This document shows, piece by piece, positions 58,831 to 64,000 of a stretch of 64,000 nucleotides of DNA. The DNA comes from a virus, in the IMG/VR virus record IMGVR_UViG_3300035670_000153, positions 8,173-72,172 of that record; one strand, 5' to 3'. Both the position numbers and the translations under genes were made by a program. Within the stretch, counting starts at the first letter, position 1; each line of letters opens with the position of its first letter. Under the pieces are notes generated by a model. The model made no database searches, was not told the DNA's origin, and was given only the letters and a program-made list of their open reading frames with translations.

Positions 58831-59169
58831 ATGCAAAAAATAACAGCACTAGAATATATAATTAATTCCACAGGAACTAAACCTGTGGAATTAGCTAACC
58901 AATTAAATGTATCACGACAAAGACTAAATTCATGGATTCAGGGCTTATCAAAAATTCCTGATGAATTCGCAGAAAAAATGAGTTTTGCTTTCCAATTACC
59001 TAAAGAGATTATACAAAAAAAATCAATATCTCTCGGTGATGAAATATTTATAGACGAAGAATTAATAGTTTTACAAGATGCTAAAGTAAAATTAAAAAGA
59101 CGTAAAATACATGGTATTGACGAACAGGATATTGAAAATAATAAAAAATTAAAAAATAATAAGGAGTAA
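58831..59169 (+). CDS. XRE-family HTH protein
   Basis: ELANQLNVSRQRLNSWIQG..KIP. Confidence 0.8.
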   Translation: MQKITALEYIINSTGTKPVELANQLNVSRQRLNSWIQGLSKIPDEFAEKMSFAFQLPKEIIQKKSISLGDEIFIDEELIVLQDAKVKLKRRKIHGIDEQDIENNKKLKNNKE

Positions 59170-59171
59170 AT

Positions 59172-59690
59172 ATGTTAATTAATAATTACTATAACCATTT
59201 AAAAAACATTTTAAAACATAAATACTATGTTTGTAAATATTGTTTTAAATGTGGATTATATTATAGAGGTATTACGCACGACTTATCTAAATTATCTTAT
59301 AATGAATTTATAGGATATGCAAATAATTACACTAAAGGAACAAGTCCTGTAGCAACAGCTAAAGCTAAATATGGATATTTTATGCCATGGTTATTGCATA
59401 AAGGTAAAAATAAACATCATTGGGAATTTTGGACAGATTTTTATAATGGAGAAATTGTACCTATTAAAATACCTTATGAAGATGTGATAGAAATGGTTAT
59501 AGATATGTATAGTGCATCTTTAACTTATTCAAAAGGAATATTTGATAAAAATGCATTTATAACATTTTATAATAAGAATAAAAAAACTATGGTATTGCAT
59601 GAAGAAACTTCCCATATATTAGATTTATTAATTGATAAATTACTAAGGGATGGAATAAATGATTTTTGTAAAGTAATAAAAAATATTTAA
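59172..59690 (+). CDS. HD-like hydrolase (DUF5662-like)
   Basis: HK..V, HDLSK, H...NKHHWE, EMVID. Confidence 0.75.
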   Translation: MLINNYYNHLKNILKHKYYVCKYCFKCGLYYRGITHDLSKLSYNEFIGYANNYTKGTSPVATAKAKYGYFMPWLLHKGKNKHHWEFWTDFYNGEIVPIKIPYEDVIEMVIDMYSASLTYSKGIFDKNAFITFYNKNKKTMVLHEETSHILDLLIDKLLRDGINDFCKVIKNI

Positions 59691-59771
59691 AAATATTATT
59701 GACATCGTAAACATTATATATTATACTTAATATATAGTTAAAACAAATTAAATATAATAATCTAAAGGAGA

Positions 59772-60137
59772 GTGTTAATTATGGCAAAAGTTAATAATTT
59801 ACAGACAAAAAAAGAAGAGGTATTTAAAAAATATTTGCAATTAAAGGCTCAAGAATTAAATTTAAAAAAAGAAATGGATGAATTAAAAGACCAATTTAAA
59901 GAATTAAATATGGATGGATTTATGTTTGAAGATAAAACTTTAAAGTTACAAGAAAGGAATACTAAAATCATTTCGGATGATATTATTCCTATTCTTAAAC
60001 AATTGAAAATATTAGAAAAAGCAGTTTCTCCTGATAAGAAAAGAATAGATGCATTAGTAAAAGTAAAATTATTGGATGCAACTTTAGTAGAACAATATAC
60101 CAATATCAGTACCACTACTGCTTGGACAGTGAAATAA
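59772..60137 (+). CDS. Hypothetical coiled-coil protein
   Basis: RBS; preceded by a promoter at 59699-59727. Confidence 0.65.
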   Translation: MLIMAKVNNLQTKKEEVFKKYLQLKAQELNLKKEMDELKDQFKELNMDGFMFEDKTLKLQERNTKIISDDIIPILKQLKILEKAVSPDKKRIDALVKVKLLDATLVEQYTNISTTTAWTVK

Positions 60138-60211
60138 TAAATAATAAATACATAATAAATATATAGGATTATTAATTAAAAATAATCCTATATGTTTATT
60201 AATAACACAAC

Positions 60212-60664
60212 TTGGGAAATATTATAAGATATAAAGAGGAGATTGATAAAATGATTAAAAATACAATGACTAAAACTGAACTATTTAAAACAATGCATGG
60301 TAGAGAGGTAATTAAAACACCAATAAATATTATGACTAATTTAGATAATGAAGCTCTTAAACAATCTATTATAGATTCACTTGAAGCAAATGGTAAAACA
60401 ATAGCTGATTTTGAGGAAAATGAAACATCTTATAGTGTTAAAGGATTTTCAAATTTCTGGATGAAAAGCAAACTTAAACAAAATGAAAAAGGAATATTGA
60501 GAGTAAGAAGTAAAGACTATATTTTTTATGGTGAAACAAGTGAAACACATGGGGATATACCTAAAAAAGAAAATTTAATAATTCTTGAAAATGGATTTAT
60601 ATCTGTAAAAAAATGGTTTTCAGATGGAACTTATACAGGATTTAAATATACTTTAGTAAAATAA
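60212..60664 (+). CDS. Hypothetical protein (start probably 60250)
   Basis: GAGGAG RBS before MIKN. Confidence 0.6.
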   Translation: MGNIIRYKEEIDKMIKNTMTKTELFKTMHGREVIKTPINIMTNLDNEALKQSIIDSLEANGKTIADFEENETSYSVKGFSNFWMKSKLKQNEKGILRVRSKDYIFYGETSETHGDIPKKENLIILENGFISVKKWFSDGTYTGFKYTLVK

Positions 60665-60701
60665 TTTTAATAAATAAATAATAAATAAGGAGTGATATTA
60701 T

Positions 60702-60950
60702 ATGGATATTAAAGTTGGAGATAAATTTTTAGTAGAGGTTTTTGGATGGATAATGTGTAAAAATATTGATTCAGGAAAATATAGGATTGAGATTTTTAAT
60801 TATAATACTAATGATAATGATTCCTACAAAATAGCTAAATTTTATAAACCTAAAGGTAAAAAACTTATTATATCTCATTTTGTAAACGATTTAATGATTA
60901 GTAATAATGTTGAAAGATTAAATAGAACACAGATAATTGAAAAAATTTAA
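60702..60950 (+). CDS. Hypothetical protein
   Basis: GGAGTG RBS. Confidence 0.6.
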   Translation: MDIKVGDKFLVEVFGWIMCKNIDSGKYRIEIFNYNTNDNDSYKIAKFYKPKGKKLIISHFVNDLMISNNVERLNRTQIIEKI

Positions 60951-61174
60951 TTATTTTTAAAGATAACACTGACATAAAAAATAAATATAGCAATGTGAAT
61001 AATAAATAAGGAGTGATACATAATGCAAGAATTACTATATCAAGTTACTCAACACACACAAAGTAATCAATTGAAAGGTATTATAGTTATTTTAAGCTTT
61101 ATTACAATATTTTTTTTGATAGGAATAATATGTAATATATTTACTACAAATATTATAAAAGGAGAAAAATAAAA

Positions 61175-61498
61175 ATGATATATGATAAATTTACAGTTCC
61201 AATAAATAAAATTATTTATGGATTTGCTTATGAAACAAACAACACGGAAAAAGGTATGTATTATAAAAAAGAACCTATATTAGGAATAGTTGTTCAAAGT
61301 CAACATGGTAATTTAAAATATTTCTATGAAATAAATAAAAAACATGAAATTATAAAAAGTAAAAAAGTTAATTCGTGGTCAAGACATTATGCAGATACTT
61401 ATTCAGAAGCATTAGAAGGATATAATAAATTAATAGAAAATCATATTAAATTTTTAAATGAATTAATAAAAAATCACCAAAAAGATTTAATAAAATAA
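61175..61498 (+). CDS. Hypothetical protein
   Basis: GGAG RBS. Confidence 0.6.
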   Translation: MIYDKFTVPINKIIYGFAYETNNTEKGMYYKKEPILGIVVQSQHGNLKYFYEINKKHEIIKSKKVNSWSRHYADTYSEALEGYNKLIENHIKFLNELIKNHQKDLIK

Positions 61499-61740
61499 AT
61501 TAAAAGGAGTAAATAAAAATGTCTAAATTAACTATTTTAGTAATATTGCATTCTATAGGAAATGCAATAGCTATGTATTTTGAAAGTACATATTTGATAT
61601 ATACATTAGGTGTTTTATTTGGAATAACTGGATTTATTATTACAAATAATAAAAAATAATAAAAATCAATAAAAAAATATTGACTTCTTAATGAGTTTAA
61701 TTTATACTTAAAATATAGTCAATGATTTATTAATTAAATA

Positions 61741-61780
61741 TTTTCAGTCAGTATCAATATAAAAAGATACTGACTGAAAA
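61741..61780. other. Perfect 15-bp inverted repeat in the leader of the CCA-enzyme gene
   Basis: TTTTCAGTCAGTATC-10 nt-GATACTGACTGAAAA. Confidence 0.6.
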
Positions 61781-61806
61781 ACCTAAAATAAAAGGAGATT
61801 GATAAA

Positions 61807-63165
61807 ATGATAAAAGATAAAATAAGAAGTACAATAAGAAATACAATTAATAAAATAAACAAAATAAAGTATAAAAAATATAATGAATTAATATCTAATA
61901 ATATACCATCAGATGTATCTATTATACTGAGTACTTTATCTCAAGAAAATCATAAAGCTTACATTGTAGGTGGATGTGTAAGAGATATATTATTAAAAAG
62001 AAACGTTAAAGATTGGGATATTACTACATGTGCTACTGTAGGACAAGTACAAAACATATTTAAAGATTACCAAATTATTGAAACAGGTATTCAACATGGC
62101 ACAATTACAATTGTAATAAATGATATTGGATATGAGATTACCACTTTTAGAGTAGATGGTGAGTATACAGATAATAGAAGACCAGATGTAGTTACATTTA
62201 CAAATTCTATATATGAAGATTTAAAAAGAAGGGATTTAACTATTAATGCTTTAGCTTGGAACAGTTCAGAAGGGATTATAGACGCTCATAAAGGTATTAA
62301 ACATCTTAAACAAAAGAAAATACAAACAGTTGGAAATGCTCACGATAGATTTAATGAAGATGCTTTAAGGATGTTAAGGGCTATTAGGTTTAGTAGTGTT
62401 TTAGGATTTAAAGTTAAACGTAGTACATATCATGCTATATATGACAATGCTGATTTATTAAAAAATATCAGTGTAGAAAGAATAAATAGTGAATTTACTA
62501 AAATAATTATGAGTAATAATCCAAAAATTTTAGAATTATTTTATTCAAGAGTATTAGAGCAATTTATTTCTGAGATAAATATACTTAATACTAAAAAAAT
62601 AATTACATTAAAAACTATTACTGAATTACAAACTTTACCACAACGGTTAGCTTATTTATTCTATAATATGATTGATTTTTTAGATATGGATTTATCATCT
62701 AATACAGATATAGAAAAACATATAATAATTGAAAGTATAATGAGAAGATTAAAATTTGATAATAAAACCATAAAAGAAACTACTGATATCATAAAATATT
62801 ACAATATTGACTTTTATAATAAATCTTCAAAGCTTAATAAAGCGTTTTTAAAGCGTTTAATGAAAGATATAGGTATAAACACATTAACAGACATAATAAC
62901 ACTTAGAATGGCTTATAATAAAGCTAATCGTATACAAGATAATAGTTTGATGGAAATATTTTGTACAATAAATAAAATACAAGCTAAAAAAGAACCTTAT
63001 ACAATTAAAGATTTAGTAGTTAATGGAAAAGATTTAATTAATTTAGGATTTAAAGAAGGATACATGATAAAAACAGTATTGGATTATTTAGTGGAATGTG
63101 TAATAGAATATCCGTTAGATAATACAAAAGATAAATTATTAAATGAAGCTAAAAAGATGCTATAA
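61807..63165 (+). CDS. cca: CCA-adding tRNA nucleotidyltransferase (class II)
   Basis: VGGCVRD, DWDITT, EITTFR, DLKRRDLTINA, RFNEDALRMLRAIRF, SVERI. Confidence 0.93.
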   Translation: MIKDKIRSTIRNTINKINKIKYKKYNELISNNIPSDVSIILSTLSQENHKAYIVGGCVRDILLKRNVKDWDITTCATVGQVQNIFKDYQIIETGIQHGTITIVINDIGYEITTFRVDGEYTDNRRPDVVTFTNSIYEDLKRRDLTINALAWNSSEGIIDAHKGIKHLKQKKIQTVGNAHDRFNEDALRMLRAIRFSSVLGFKVKRSTYHAIYDNADLLKNISVERINSEFTKIIMSNNPKILELFYSRVLEQFISEINILNTKKIITLKTITELQTLPQRLAYLFYNMIDFLDMDLSSNTDIEKHIIIESIMRRLKFDNKTIKETTDIIKYYNIDFYNKSSKLNKAFLKRLMKDIGINTLTDIITLRMAYNKANRIQDNSLMEIFCTINKIQAKKEPYTIKDLVVNGKDLINLGFKEGYMIKTVLDYLVECVIEYPLDNTKDKLLNEAKKML

Positions 63166-63170
63166 TATAT

Positions 63171-63209
63171 AAAAAATAGAGATTATGAATAATCTCTATT
63201 TTTTTTTTT
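63171..63209 (+). terminator. Rho-independent terminator
   Basis: AATAGAGATTA / TAATCTCTATT followed by a long T run. Confidence 0.75.
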
Positions 63210-63298
63210 AAATTATTTTATTTTTGTCATTGACAATGTAAATAATTATATGGTATACTTAATTTGGGGTTAAGAAATAAATAATAAAACAAAGGGAG

Positions 63299-63619
63299 TT
63301 GTTAAATATGATATTAAATAAAAGATTAGCATTTCAAAAAATAATGAAGGTAGAATCGAAATATCAAAGAAATACAACAAGTATTAAATGGCTAGATATT
63401 TATTCGAATGAAAGTGAATTGATTAAAGATTTAAAAGAAATAATTATTCCAGATGATATTAATGTAATTTATAATTTATATAAAGGACATGCTTATATCC
63501 ATAGTTTTTCAAAACAATTAAAAATGAATAAACCTTTATCAGACAAGCAATTGACTCAAGCAAAAAGAATTGCATTGGAAATTAAAAAAGCACATAGTAT
63601 TATAGAGTGTTATGAGTGA
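63299..63619 (+). CDS. Hypothetical protein
   Basis: Promoter at 63230-63259, RBS; LSDKQ motif. Confidence 0.6.
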   Translation: MLNMILNKRLAFQKIMKVESKYQRNTTSIKWLDIYSNESELIKDLKEIIIPDDINVIYNLYKGHAYIHSFSKQLKMNKPLSDKQLTQAKRIALEIKKAHSIIECYE

Positions 63620-63679
63620 GAGAGATTATTTCTCTCTTTCTCTCCATAATAAATAAAAATAAAAAAGGAGCAATGTCTT

Positions 63680-64000
63680 ATGTCAAATTTACAATTATAT
63701 AATATTGAGTTACTAAAAAAAGAAGGAATAAATTTTAAACTAACTTATACAATAGAATTTACACAGAATCAATTACATTATGATGAAATGATAAAAAAAG
63801 GTATCTATGACAATATAAAAAAGAAAGAGTTTGATAATATAGAGGAATCCGTAAATTTTTTAATCAAATTATATGATGACCAAAGAAAAATACCTGTATT
63901 ATATTACCAATTATTTTTATCATTAAAAATTAATGATAATACTGTAATGGAAGATACCATTGTGAATTTAAATTATACAGATAGTACTTGTAATTTATTG
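63680..64000 (+). CDS. Hypothetical protein, partial
   Basis: AGGAG RBS, MSNLQLYNIELLKK..., apparently open to the window end. Confidence 0.5.
   Translation, partial: MSNLQLYNIELLKKEGINFKLTYTIEFTQNQLHYDEMIKKGIYDNIKKKEFDNIEESVNFLIKLYDDQRKIPVLYYQLFLSLKINDNTVMEDTIVNLNYTDSTCNLL

Noticed and set aside
1-64000. Genome-wide stop-codon reassignment (TGA=Trp or TAG=Gln)
   Set aside because: Long genes translate intact in code 11, TGA and TAG terminate several clear genes (e.g. ends at 45121, 35345, 1937), and a normal tRNA-Trp(CCA) is present; only one suspicious in-frame TGA was seen.

Overview
Very AT-rich, gene-dense segment of a large tailed-phage (or large prophage) genome from a Firmicutes/Clostridia-type host, judged from sigmaA-type TTGACA/TATACT promoters and GGAGG ribosome-binding sites. 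Genes run on the minus strand from ~56.5 kb leftwards and on the plus strand to the right of that. The window holds: (1) a Prs-like + Nampt-like NAD-reconstitution (NARP1-like) locus; (2) many small early-type hypothetical genes; (3) Thg1, a TAGT/GREB1-like glycosyltransferase, a frameshifted GH16 glucanase, dUTPase and a glutaredoxin-fused class II RNR; (4) an SPbeta-like replication block (RecD2, DnaE, PD-(D/E)XK nuclease, primase, DnaB, AAA ATPase, SSB-like protein, LigA); (5) a WGR-PARP, Pnk-HD, RNA ligase, nucleotidyltransferase and Ro60/TROVE cluster; (6) a tRNA cluster (9 canonical tRNAs and 1 aberrant one); (7) a probable replication origin with an initiator gene; and (8) a CCA-adding enzyme. 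The most striking unannotated feature is an array of eight Y-RNA-like ncRNAs interleaved with the tRNAs directly upstream of the Ro60 gene. All eight share a covarying terminal stem with a conserved AGUGUA/GAUUUUC internal loop and a UACUUC motif, but carry different inserts. Three inserts are circularly permuted tRNA mimics opened at the anticodon loop, each keeping a different anticodon-like triplet. Product calls come from motif recognition by eye, not database searches.
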